Source: Dictyostelium discoideum (taxonomy: Eukaryota). Taken from it: DNA of 64,000 bases. Position numbers and translations under genes: made by a program. Location of the stretch: the NCBI GenBank assembly GCA_000004695.1, contig CM000154.2, positions 3,840,001-3,904,000 on the forward strand. Reading direction: 5' to 3'. Shown one piece after another: positions 31,553 to 44,517 of this stretch (its first letter is position 1; each line of letters starts with the position of its first letter). The notes under the pieces are model-generated. The model had not been told where the DNA came from and ran no database searches. It saw nothing but the letters and a program-made list of their open reading frames with translations.

Positions 31553-33765
31553 ATGATTAAATATTTTTAATTTTAATTTTGATATTCAATACAACATTCT
31601 AATGGATCTGATTGTTCATATTTTGACAATGTTAGAAATACTTTTTATGACTTGAAATCCTTTTTTTATTATTATATCCCAATCCATGTACGATAGATGG
31701 AATATTTATTTTAATCTATGCTCTGAACACAAAATAGGTATTTGTAATGGAACAGCAAAATATGCATGCCAAACAAAATATGATTCTAATTGGGATATTC
31801 AGGATGTAAATGATTTAGGAAGTTTAAATAAAACAAATTTCATGGATGATGGTGTTACATTAACATATAGAGGTTATATAAGTCCCGATTCCCCTAGAGG
31901 ATGGTGTTCAGAAGGTGCATATGAAATAAGCTTTCTAATTACCAATTTTAATTTATTGTGTGATAAAGGTGTTGACAATGTTGATGTATCAGAGGCAAAA
32001 GAACCCATTAGTTGTTATTATAATGTTACTCTTAAAAGTAAAAAAATTTGTCAATGTCCATCGGCACTGCAATGTAGTCAACCACATGGTAAATGTGTTA
32101 ATTGTGAATGTGTTTGTGATCAATCTTCAAGTGGAACATTTTGTGAAAATTTGATAATTACAATTGATTCTGTAATTAATACAACAATTAATGGTGGGAT
32201 TGAGTATATCCATTTCAGTAATTTTCCAATGACTTTTCAATATTTGAATTAAAAATTGGAGGTGTTTATTGTACAGACCTTGAAATATTAAACAGTTCAA
32301 CCCTTCAATTTACAATCAGTCCTGGTATTGGAATTCACAATGTTGAAATTATTAATGTATTTTTTCATACTTGTCATATGATTCATTTGGATATCAATGT
32401 AATTCTGATTGCTCTCCTCCCCATGGCGAGTGCAATTTAACACTTTGAAGGTGTTCATGTGATACTCAAACTAATGGAACAAATTGTGAAAATTCTACAT
32501 TGTTTTTAAATTACATTGACCCAACTGATGAAAATGGTGGTACAACTTATTTATTTGGTTTTTTTGGAATTACAACTTCTAATTTATTAATAAAGATTGG
32601 AGATCATGTTTGTACAAATATCGAACAACTAAATGAAATATTAATTAAATGCGATGTTGGAAAGGGTTCTGGTTTTAAATATGTGATTTCAAACGATAGA
32701 GATTTAACTGTACATGTTATGAATTTATTTCAATACTTTAAACCAATAACTATAAACCCACAAAACAATGTGTTGCTCTAAATAATGGAATTTGTACTTC
32801 TAAAAGTAGTGTATGTATTTCACCATGGATTGGAAATGACTGTAAATCTAAAATTATTTCAATTCCTCAACCATCATTAAATTATTCGAATCCAGTTACA
32901 GACATACAATTGATTGAAAATAAGGTAGATACTAAACTATTCCGTTCATTGGTATCAATTGTTAAATTAAGAGAATTAGATTTCCAGTCTAAACAAGTGA
33001 ATTCATTTACATTTATAGAATGGGAATATTATAAAATTAATGAATAAACAAATCAATATACATCAAATATTACAAATTTATGTTTAACTACTTTTATTAA
33101 TGTAACTTTACAATGGTTTGAAAATGAAACTAATGTTGTATTTGTAAATCAAAATATTAAAATGAATCCTTCATCAATTAAATATACAATTGAAATTTCT
33201 GAATATAAATTCAGCAGTAACTTAAATCAATTACAATTAGTAATGACGGCCTCATTATCTGTTAATAAAACAAATGATATTTGTTCAAATAAAGAGTTTA
33301 GTGAAACTTCAAGTGGTGATGATTCAAATTATTTAAAGATACAAATTGATGATCATTCTTTATATGGTAGATTTATAAAAAGAGCATTAATTGATTCAAT
33401 TCCAAGACCAATTGATAATGTTCCATTGGACTCTTAAATGAATCAAGTTGATAGTGCTTCTATGTCTCAATCATATATTGGTATTTCAGTTCCTTATTTT
33501 AAAAAACAAATTATAATTGATCCTGATTTTTCAGTACTTGTTCATCTTCTGATTCTTTCACATCTGAATCTTCAATTTGTTCATTTAATAAAGAATCAAA
33601 ATTTTCTGTGGATTAATTTCAGCAATAGTTTTATGTTGTTTTTTTGTATTTGCAAGCTTAATGACAATGGTTGCATATAGTTATTATAAAAAAAGATATA
33701 ATAGAAATATAGTCAAAGAAATTAAAATAAAATTATCTAAAAGACAAGTTGAAAGTAATATGTAA
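31553..33765 (+). pseudogene. Decayed third paralog (C) of the EGF/TIG membrane protein family
   Basis: Homologous to A and B end-to-end but broken into four ORFs in different frames (31686-32252, 32500-32781, 33162-33437, 33438-33680). There is an in-frame stop at codon 6 of the signal-peptide exon (ATGATTAAATATTTTTAA). The intron is largely deleted ('ttattat|tatatccca'). Several frameshifts follow. Confidence 0.8.
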
Positions 33766-34031
33766 AAAAAAAATAAAAAAATAAAAAAATTAACAAATAC
33801 ATAAAAAAAAAAATTATCCTCTCTTTTTTTCTTTTTTAAATATATACATATAAATGTAAAATAAGATGAAATAAAAAAAAAATAAAAAAATAAAGAAAAA
33901 TAAAAAAATAAAATCCTACAGCTGTATGCTTTTTAATTAATGTGAAATTAATTCATTTCCTTAAACTCAAAACAATTATTTAAAAAAAAAAAACAATTAA
34001 AATAAGAAAAAAAAAAAAATTTAAATCATAA

Positions 34032-34080
<49 letters not shown>

Positions 34081-34325
34081 ATATCTACTATTGTCTATTG
34101 CAAAAATAAATTTCAAATAAAAAAATAAAATTTATTGTACAAGTTGTTTATTTATTTTGTTATTAGAATTTGAAGCAAAGAAAGCATTTTAAATCACTGC
34201 GAATTTTTTCACTTTTTTTTCGCACTCACACAAAAAAAAATGTTTAAAAATAGAGCACGAAAAATAAATTTAAAAATCATATGAGAAATAATATTTTTAA
34301 ATCACTTCTGATAAAGGGCGAATTA

Positions 34326-34380
<55 letters not shown>

Positions 34381-34924
34381 AAAATTGAAATATGAAAAAA
34401 AAAAATACGAAAAAAAAAAGATTAAAAAAAAAAGTGATCATACATAAAAAAACTAAATTAATTTTTTAATTTTTTTAATTTAATTTAAAATAATTTAATT
34501 TAATTTTTTTTTTTTTTTCTGGGAGTATTAATTAAAAATTAAAAAAAATATTTATTTTTGTTTCCATAAGATTTTTTAACTGCCACCGGTTATATTTTCC
34601 TGAAATATGGGTATTTGGATTTTTTTAAATTTAATAAAAAAAAAATTTTTATTGGATAGGGTCCCCCAAACCGGTTTTTTGATATTTAATAGTGTGGAAC
34701 CCCTCTTGGGCGAGTTATTTTTGGAAAAAAAAAAAAAAAAAAAAATTGATTTTTTTTTTTTTTTTTTTTTTTTTTTGGTTAATTTGTTGAATCAGACTGC
34801 CTGTTATCCTCTCTTTTTTTTTTTTTTTTTTTTTTTCCTTTGACCATTTTTTTATATATATTTTTGTGCCTTATTTAAATAGTTGGCTTTATACAGAATT
34901 AATTTTTTTAAAAATTTTGATTTT

Positions 34925-34958
<34 letters not shown>

Positions 34959-35069
34959 CACGATTATTAAAATTAATTTTCAAATCGTAAATCCGAAATT
35001 TTATTTTTTTTTTATTTTTTTTTTTAGTATTATGTATTTATTTTTTTTATTTTTTTTTTTCTTAAAATA

Positions 35070-35106
<37 letters not shown>

Positions 35107-35193
35107 CAAATTATAATTTTTAATAATAAAAATAAATTAAATTAAAATAAAATAAAATAAAATAAAATAAAAATAAAAATAAAATAAAATAAA

Positions 35194-36827
35194 ATGACAA
35201 CAAATTCAAAATCATTAAATTTATTACAATCATTAACATGTGGAATTTGTCAAAATTTATTTAAAGACCCAAATACATTGATACCCTGTGGTCATGCATT
35301 TTGTTTAGATTGTTTAACAACCAATGCATCAATTAAAAATTGTATTCAATGTAAAGTTGAATATACAACCTATATACCAAATCATCCATTAAAACAAATG
35401 ATTGATTGTTTAGATCAGAGTAGTAATAATAATAATAGTAATAATAATAGTAATGGTGAAAATACAAATAATAATAATAATATAATTAATAATGAAAGAA
35501 GTTCATTTAATGGTTCAAATTCAAATTCTATAATTGGATTTATAGAAGGATTAAGTGATAGTACTAGTAATGGTCGTAGATTTAGTCAACAAGATGGATT
35601 AAGATACTCAAGTGGTTTATTAGATGGTAGTAATAGTGGTGGTAGTAATAATATTAGATATTGTATGGAACATTATGAACATTATTATGCATTTTGTAAT
35701 GATTGTCAAGCACCAGTTTGTCCAAGTTGTTTATTGACAACACATAATCGACATGGAATGATACCGTTAACTAAAGATTCAATCGCTACAAAGATGAAAG
35801 AATACAGAGACATTGTTCAATCATTCAAAACAAAGATGTCTCAATACAAGGATAACATAACATTATATCAAAAGGAGATTGAACTATTGGATAGTACATT
35901 CTTACAATGCAAGCAATCGATTCAATTGATGATATCAAATCTACACAAAGTATTAAAATCACGTGAAACCTATCTATTGAAAGAAATTAGTAGCATTCAC
36001 TACGCCAGCCACATGGAACTAACCGACCGTTCAAGCACATTAGAGAATGAAATCAGTGAAATGGAGAAACTAATCGGTAATGGTACTGACAAATTTAAAG
36101 ATGCTACAGAGATATTAAATAATCAAAATTTGAAATTTGAATTTCTTGAACAATTTCATCATAGTCGTACTCAAAGTAAAAAGAACCAAAATCAAGATGG
36201 ATTGAAACCACTCTTTAAAACCGACCTTTTATTCTACAAAGCAAACAACGAACGTGTAACCGAAATGATTAACGGCACCTTGGGTAACATATCACTATTG
36301 ACATTCCCATTGGACGATATTGGTGAAGTCAACATTTGGGATGAGCCAAAGGAGAATATTTGCATTGAAAAAGTTAGAACCAACTCCAATGGCATTGAAG
36401 AGTTTGAAGTGAAATATGGAAGTTTAAATAAATTGATTGAACGTCTTTGTCTACCCAATTGCTACGATGACAACTATGTTAACATTTTCCTTCTCACTTA
36501 TCATAGTTTTTGTTCCTCTAAAAAACTTTTGAAAAAGTTAATTGAACGTTTTACAATTCCAGAGGATTTAGAAGCTCATGGTCTAACTCTAGCAAGTATT
36601 CATGAAATTCATATGAAAATTAGAAGCGTCCTTGTCAAATGGATTAATGAATATTCACCAAAATTCGATCAAGATACAATTCATTTATTCCAAAATTTCA
36701 ATTGTAGAATGCAATCTGAATATACAAGTATTCAAGAAATTGAAAATTTATTATTAAATTCAAATGAAAATTCACCTTCAATAACTTCTTCACAATCTTT
36801 ATCATCACAATCATTATATTCACAAAC

Positions 36828-36858
<31 letters not shown>

Positions 36859-38028
36859 TCTAATAATCTACAACCAACAATTCAAACTAATCAAACACTA
36901 TCATCAAATATAAATAATATAACAATTTCAAATTTAAATAATAGTAATTTAACCAATAATGGTACATGTAAAATACAAAATTCACCACCAAAAAATTATC
37001 AACAATCAAATTATTCATCAATATTTAATGGTCCATCATCATCATCCTCTTCTTCACCATCTTCACCAATTTTAAGTTTAAATTCATTAGCATTAATTAA
37101 TGGTAATGATAATTTAGTTTTTGAATCACCATTAAATTCACCACGTAATAATAATAATAATAATAATAATAATTCACCAAGATCATCATCATTTGGTGCT
37201 TCATCAGCTTTAAAATTTAATAGTAATAATAATAGTTTAAATATAAATAGTAATATGGGTGGTCCATATTTTCCATCACCAAGTTCACCAACCACCAATA
37301 ATATACCAAATATTAATCATTTTTCAAGTAGGATTTTATCATCATCAAAGAATCTGGAATTTAATGATATTGATGAATTTGAAATTGCCAAACAATTGAC
37401 TTTAATAGAATTTGAAAACTTTGGACGTATAAAACCAATCGATCTATTGACATGTGTAGATTTAAAACATAAAACACCTCATATCACAAACATTATGGAA
37501 AGATTCCATAATATCTCCACTTGGGTTAGTACTACCATTGTTAGAGGTGAAAATTTGAAAAACAGAGTTAAAATCGTGAATAAATTCATAAAGATAGCAG
37601 AACATTTGAAAAATTTAAATAATTTCAACTCACTAACTGCTATATTAGTGGCAATTCAAAGATCAACAGTAACTAAAAAAGATTTGGTTAAACAATCTGT
37701 AAAGATTATCACTGATCTCGAGAAATTAATGTCCTCTGATGACTCTTATTCTACCTATAGAACTCGTTTAGCTCAATGTTCACCACCTTGTGTTCCATAC
37801 ATTAGTATCTATCTTCAAGATATTATGGATTTAGAGAAAAAGAATCCTTCAAATATCATTGTTCAAACCTCTTCAAATAAAACTCAAGAATTTATTAATT
37901 TCACTCGTCGTTCTTTAATTAGTAAAGTAATCTTAGATTTAGCAAGTTATCAACGTTTTGGTTATTCAACAATTTTACCAATTTCAAATATTCAAGAATA
38001 TTTAAATGTACATATAGATGAATTATAA
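35194..38028 (+). CDS. RING finger + B-box + coiled-coil (TRIM/RBCC-like) N-terminus fused to RasGEF N-terminal and RasGEF (CDC25-homology) catalytic domains; single exon, 944 aa
   Basis: RING 'CGICQNLFKDPNTLIPCGHAFCLDCL...CIQCK'. B-box 'YCMEHYEHYYAFCNDCQAPVCPSCLLTTHNRHG'. A coiled-coil stretch follows. RasGEF-N 'LNKLIERLCLPNCYDDNYVNIFLLTYHSF'. RasGEF 'IAKQLTLIEFENFGRIKPIDLL...NFNSLTAILVAI...YLQDIMDLEK'. Confidence 0.85.
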
Positions 38029-39006
38029 AAAAAAAAAAAAAAAATAAACTAAAAATAAATAAACTAAAAATAAATAAAAATATAAACTTAAAGATATTTA
38101 AAAAAAAAAAAACTATGTTGCATAGAAAATAAAAAAATAAAAGTAAAAAAAAAAAAAGAGTCGACAAACCCCACCAACCTATTCCTTAAAATAAATAAAA
38201 AAAAAAAATAATTCTGTCTTTTATATATTTTCTTTTTTTTTTTTTTTTTTTTTTTATTATTTTTTTTTTTTTTTTTTTTAATTTGTTTTATTTTATTTTT
38301 AGATATTTTTAAAATATATAATATTTATAAAAACTATTTTAATCCCACCAGTGAGATTTAATGCCTGGCGCCCACGTCGATTTCTTTTTTTTTTTTTTGA
38401 AATTTTTTTTTTGAAATTATTTTTTTTTTTTTTTTTATAATTTATTTTGAATTTTTCAATATTTTATATATTTTAGTCATATATATATAAAAACCAAATT
38501 GTATGATTTTTTAATTAATTAATTTATTTTATTTTTATTTTTATAATATTTTAATTTATTTGTTTTATGTAAATTATTTTGTCTTTTTTTTTTATACACC
38601 AACAAAACACCCCACATCGACCAACGATTTTTTTTTTTTTTTTTTTTTAAAAAATTTTATTTTATTTTTTTTTTAATTTTTTTTTTTTATTTTTTTATTT
38701 TTTGAATTTTTTCAATAACTTTTTTGTATCATAATTTGCACACATTGTTTTTTTTATCATTATTTATTTTATTTATACACATTGTTTTTTTACACACACT
38801 AAAATTTAATATATTATATTAACCATTCATCTAATTCACACCACTCAAAGGTACATTAATTAAAAATCAAAAAAAAAAAAAAAATTTCAAAGAAAAAAAA
38901 AAAAAAAAACAAATCAATCATCAAGTCTTCAACTTTCTATATACACAAACAACTCTTAAAAACTCAAACATACAAATATTATAAACTAAATATATATATA
39001 CATAAA

Positions 39007-39466
39007 ATGTCGTAAGTATTGTTTATTAATATATTAGTTTATTTACTTATTTATTTAAATACAATTATAAATATTAATATTAATATTTATAAATAATAAA
39101 AATAAAATTAAAAATAAAAATAAAAATAAAAATAAAAATAAAAATAAAAATAAAAATAATTCTAGAAATAATCCAAATAATTCAGGTCAACCAAATAAAA
39201 CACAATCAATTCTACAAGAAGTTGATAAAGTTAAAGATGTTATGCATAATAATATTGGATTAATGTTAAATAATCATGATAAAGCTTCAAATTTACAAGA
39301 TAAAACAGCATCAATGAGTAACAATGCTCGTCTTTTCAAAAAACAAACTGTTACAATCAGAAGACAAATGTGGTGTAGAAATATGAAATTACAACTTATT
39401 ATTATTGCTGTAGTCATTTTAGTATTGGCTGTAATTTTAATTCCAATTATTATGAAATTCGTATAA
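39007..39466 (+). CDS. Synaptobrevin/VAMP-type R-SNARE, 2 exons: 39007-39011 (ATGTC) and 39166-39466 (about 101 aa)
   Basis: SNARE motif 'ILQEVDKVKDVMHNNIGLMLNNHDKASNLQDKTASMSNNARLFKKQTVTIRRQMWCRNMKLQLIIIAVVILVLAVILIPII', with the R-SNARE arginine and a C-terminal TM. The ATG is followed after 5 nt by GTAAGT, and the acceptor TTCTAG is in phase. Confidence 0.7.
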
Positions 39467-40553
39467 TAAGAAAAAAATAAAAGAATTTAAAATAAAAATA
39501 AAAAAATAATAAAAATAAAATAAAATAAAAAATTTTTAAAAAAAAAATAAAAAAAAAAAAAAAACAAATTAAGCTATTATTTATTATTGATTTATTCAGA
39601 TAATATAAATTTTATTTCAATTTAATTTCAACTGAAAAAATAAAAAATAAAAAATAAAAAATGAAAAAGATATTAAAAATAGATCAAAAAAAAAAAAAAA
39701 AAAAGTTATTATTAGTTGTGTATATGTGTGTTATAAAATTTTCATCCAATTTATTTTCATATCAAAACAGTTCATACAAATATCTTTTTTTTTTTTTTTT
39801 TTTTAATGCCATCAAAAAATATCTTGGAAAAAAAAAAAAAAAATTTTTAATTAAAATAAAATTTTATTTGTGTGTTTATGTATAAAAAAAAAAAAACATT
39901 TTATTTTAAATTTTAAATTTTTTATTTATTTTTAGAATTTTATCTATTTTTAATTTAAGGATTTAAAAAAAAAAAAAAAAAAATAAGTCTGTATTTCATT
40001 TCCAATTGCAGGAATTTAAAAATTACAATAATTATTAATATTAAATTTAATTAAATTAATTTATAAATAATATCATCGAAAAAGTTAAAAAAAAAGGCAA
40101 AAGACTTTCATTTATTTATATTTTGACACATAGGCATGATTACTATTTTTATTATGTGTTACTAATACTATCATTTACACACACACACATACACAAAACT
40201 TTTACCGTTTTTTAACCATCTGTGGTGTATACAACCACTTTATTTTTTATTTTTTTATTTTTTTTAATTATTTATTTAATTATTTTTATATTTTTATTTT
40301 ATTTTAAATATATTTATTTTTATTTTATTTTATTTTATTTTTAATTTTCTTTTTTTTTTTTTTTCTTTTAGTTGTTTTTTTTATATCAATAATTATAAAT
40401 TGTACGATATTATTTGTTTAGTTATTTTTGGTTTTTTTTTTATTAAAAAAAATAATAATAATAAAAATAATAAAGTTTATTTATTTAGTACTGTTTTATA
40501 TGTATATATTTATATAAAAAATAGAGTTATTGTTCAAACTTTTTTTTCCTAAT

Positions 40554-40616
<63 letters not shown>

Positions 40617-41785
40617 TATTATTGTTTTTTCCAAATATATACATATTAATTGTTTTGAAGGTAAGATTATATTATTTTTTTATTTTTTATTTTTTTATTT
40701 TTTTATTTTTTTATTTAATTTCCTTTTTTTTTTTTTTTTTTTTTTATTTTTTTTTTTTTTACCCTTTATTTATAAATCTAACTTTTCAATTAAATGTGCA
40801 AAGTGTAAATCAAAATTTTTTTTTTTTTTTTTTTTTTTCCTTTTTTTTTTTTTTTTTTTTTTTTCCAAAAAACAACAAATTTCAATTAAATCCCTGGCAA
40901 ACACAATCACATATGGTTACAAACCCTACAAAAAAAATTTTGGGTTTTAAAAAAAAAACTACAAACCAACATCCAATCGTTTTGGAAAATTAAAAAAAAA
41001 CTTTTGGGGATGGCCATTGGGTTCGAAGGGGCAAAGAATTTCCAAATTTTTGTTTTTTTTTATTTTTTTTTTATTTTTATAAAAAAAAAAATTATTTAAA
41101 TAAAAAAAAAAAAAAATTTATTTTTTTTTTATTTTTATTTTTTTTTTTATTTTTATTTTTTAAAATAACAAAGCCCCCAATTTTAATTTTTTTTTTTTTT
41201 TTTTTTATAAAATGATTGGTTTTTTTTTTCTTTCTTTTTTTAATTTATTTGTTTTTATTAATGTTTTAATAATAGTTGTTTTTTTTGTTTTTTTGTTTTT
41301 TTTTTTTTTTTGTTTTGTTTATTTTAAAAACATTATATTTATAAATAAAAATTTGTTGGTAGTTGTTGTTTTGTCTATTTTTTTTTTTTCCCGTTGGCAG
41401 ATTCAAATATTAATATTAATAAATTCACACTTTTTTTTTTTTAATTTTATTTTTTTTTATTTTTATTTTTTTTTTTAAAATTAAAGTTTTTTTTTCTTTG
41501 ATTTTGTTACCACTTTTTTTTTTTTTTTTTTTTTCTCACCCATTATTTAAAATTTTATTTTTATTTTATTCATTATTATTTTTTTATTTTTTTTTTCACC
41601 CATTATCCTTCACAAATAATTTATTTATTAATATATAATTTAGTTTATTATTATATTAATATATCTTATTTATTATTTTATTTTATTTGTACACACTCAC
41701 AATAAATCACATATATAAAAATAAAATTAGTTTTGTTTTTCTCAATATCTAATATTATTTTAAAAAATAAAAGGTGCACTTAATA

Positions 41786-43661
41786 ATGTCTTCAGGTTTA
41801 AAAACTCAAACAACTATTGACATCTTACACGTAAGTAAAAACCTTTTTTTTTTTTTTTTTTTTTTTTTTTGAAATCTCGATTTCGGATTGTAATATGACG
41901 AAATTTTTTAAAAATATAGGATCATTCAGTGGAATCATCATCAGATCATCTTTATATTTTAAAACAACAACAACAACATCAACATGAAGATACAGACTCC
42001 CCAAAGAAAAAGAAATTAAGACACCAATGTGAAGAGACATCACAATATATAGTACCATCATTAAATGATGAAGTAGATGACCTTGGCCATCACCACCTCC
42101 ACCATCATCATGTAAATAATATTAATAACTCATTACTAAAACAAGGTCTTTCAGCATTATCTTCATTATCAGCATCATCAACATCATCAATTTCACCATC
42201 CTCATCACAGTCTTCATCACCATTAAAACAATCAGAACGTTCTATTGCTACAAGCATTGACAGTATGAATGACAGTACTAGTAGCAGCAGCAGTAGCAAC
42301 AATAATAATAATTTTTCATCAGTTCCATCACATAATATTTATACACCATCTTGTCTTTTATCAAATCTCAATAATGACACTGATTCTATTATTCCAAATA
42401 TGAATGGTAGTACTGATGGTGATGGTGGTGATATTAGAAGAGAAAAAGTTGATGAAAATGATGAGGAAGTATTATGTAATGATAACCATCTCTCAAAAGA
42501 TAATGAACAAGAGGATAATATGGTCTCATTCTTAAATGAATCAAATGAAGAAGTAATTCAAACAAATAACAACAACAATAATGATAATAATAATAGTAGT
42601 AATATATGTATAAATAATTTTTGTAATATTAATAATAACCAACAGCAACAACAACAACAACAACAACAACAACAAAATAATGTTAACTCTTCTATCATTT
42701 TAGAAGATTCAAATAAAGAAAACAAAACCGAAAGCAATAATAGTAATAGTAATAGTAATAGTAGTCCATCATTTTTCCATAATCTTCAACAACATCCAAC
42801 ATCAGCAGCAACAACAACAACAACCACAACCACCACTATAACTACTACTTCAGCAACAACATCAATAATTATTAAAGAAGATAATAGTGATGATGAAATA
42901 GATGATGAATGTGATGATGAAAGTGAAGAAGAGGAAGAGGATGAAGAAGAATTTAATCCATTTTTATTTATAAAACAATTAGCAAATGCAACCACTATGC
43001 CACCACCAGTTGCATTACCACCCAAGGAGCATTCTTCACCAAAGATTTCATTGGTGTTGGATTTAGATGAAACTCTAGTTCATTGTAGTACAGAACCATT
43101 GGAACAACCACATCTTACTTTCCCTGTTTTCTTTAATAATACAGAATATCAAGTATTTGCTAAAAAGAGACCTTTCTTTGAAGAATTCCTTCACAAAGTT
43201 TCAGATATCTTTGAAGTAATTATATTCACTGCTTCTCAAGAGGTTTATGCTAATAAATTATTAAATATGATTGATCCAAATAATAAGATAAAGTAAGTCT
43301 TTTTTTTTTATTTTTTTTTTTATTTTGGATAAACCAAATTTAAATTTATTTATTAATTAATTAATTTTTTTTTTTTTAAGGTATAGATTATATCGTGATT
43401 CATGTGTTTATGTTGATGGAAATTATTTAAAAGATCTTTCAGTTTTAGGTAGAGATTTAAAACAAGTAGTAATTATTGATAATTCACCACAATCATTTGG
43501 ATTTCAAGTTGATAATGGCATTCCAATTGAATCTTGGTTCGAGGATGAAAATGACAAAGAATTACTTCAATTGGTGCCATTTTTAGAGTCATTAACAAAT
43601 GTTGAAGATGTTAGACCCCATATTAGAGATAAATTTAAACTTTATCAATTAATTTCACAAG

Positions 43662-43666
<5 letters not shown>
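41786..43666 (+). CDS. SCP/NIF-family CTD-like phosphatase (FCP1-homology domain) with long low-complexity N-terminal region, 3 exons: 41786-41830, 41920-43292, 43381-43666
   Basis: DxDxT motif '[13 protein letters not shown]'. '[44 protein letters not shown]' and the exon-3 sequence '[53 protein letters not shown]' are collinear with human CTDSP1. Donors are GTAAGT and phases are consistent. Confidence 0.8.
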
Positions 43667-43712
<46 letters not shown>

Positions 43713-43815
43713 ATAAAGGATTAAAAAAAAAAAAAAAAAGGAAAGGAAAAAGAAAAAGAAAAAAATAAAAGAAGGTTTTTTTTTTATTTTATTTTGTGAT
43801 AATAATAATGGTTGG

Positions 43816-43850
<35 letters not shown>

Positions 43851-44017
43851 TTTTTGAACACAATACCGAATTTGTAGGTTTTTATTTTCAAAACCCATCA
43901 ACCGACCTCGAAAAAAAGATATTTTTTTATTTTTTTTTTTTTGGATCCTTTATAAATTTTTTTATTTTTTTTTTTTTTTATTTTTTTATTTTTTTATTTT
44001 TTTTTTATTTTTTTTCG

Positions 44018-44420
44018 GTGTTAACGAAAATGATATCCAAATGGTCACTCTTAAAAGTAATATTAGTTTTATTATTTTTAAGGGTTGAAATATCATTAGT
44101 TTCATCACTTGAAAATTCTATATCAAGTTCATCAGCACCACCACCACCTTCACGGTTTATAGATGATAATATATATGTAAAGAATTGGGGATTTGAATTT
44201 GGAGATTATGAATGGGCGGGTGACACCGATTCCGTAATTGAATATGATGGAGTTGGTTCATATCATTTATTAGGTTTGGCTAAATTTGGTTTTAATATTG
44301 ACGGAGAACAATTTATAGAACAATTTGTATTTATTCCAAAAATAAATAATACTGAACAATTAAAATTTCAATTTAGTATATTATTTCCAAGAATTAATTC
44401 ATCATCTTCATCAACATCAG

Positions 44421-44517
<97 letters not shown>

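Larger units (their letters stand above)
24455..33830 (+). repeat. Tandem array of three ~3.0-3.3-kb repeat units, each holding one EGF/TIG gene plus conserved spacer
   Basis: Conserved spacer blocks recur at 24455/30963 ('tggtttaatttatttatttaat(a/t)ttaaagtatgatcctata') and at 24948/28240/31375 ('...aaaaatggctttaaaatc(t)aaat...ccacc'). A conserved 3' flank 'attatcctctcttttttt' occurs at 30931, 33818 and again at 34810. Confidence 0.7.

Noticed and set aside
34570-34830. GC-containing islands ('ggatagggtcccccaaaccggtttttt', 'gtgtggaacccctcttgggcgag') as possible ncRNA genes
   Set aside because: There is no recognisable snRNA/SRP/RNase P motif or convincing secondary structure. The region also carries a remnant of the EGF/TIG array 3' flank and is more likely degenerate repeat-unit spacer.
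40960-41040. 'ggggatggccattgggttcgaaggggcaaag' as a tRNA-like element (GGGTTCGAA)
   Set aside because: Only the TTCGA pentamer matches. No cloverleaf can be drawn, and the flanks are low-complexity A/T runs.
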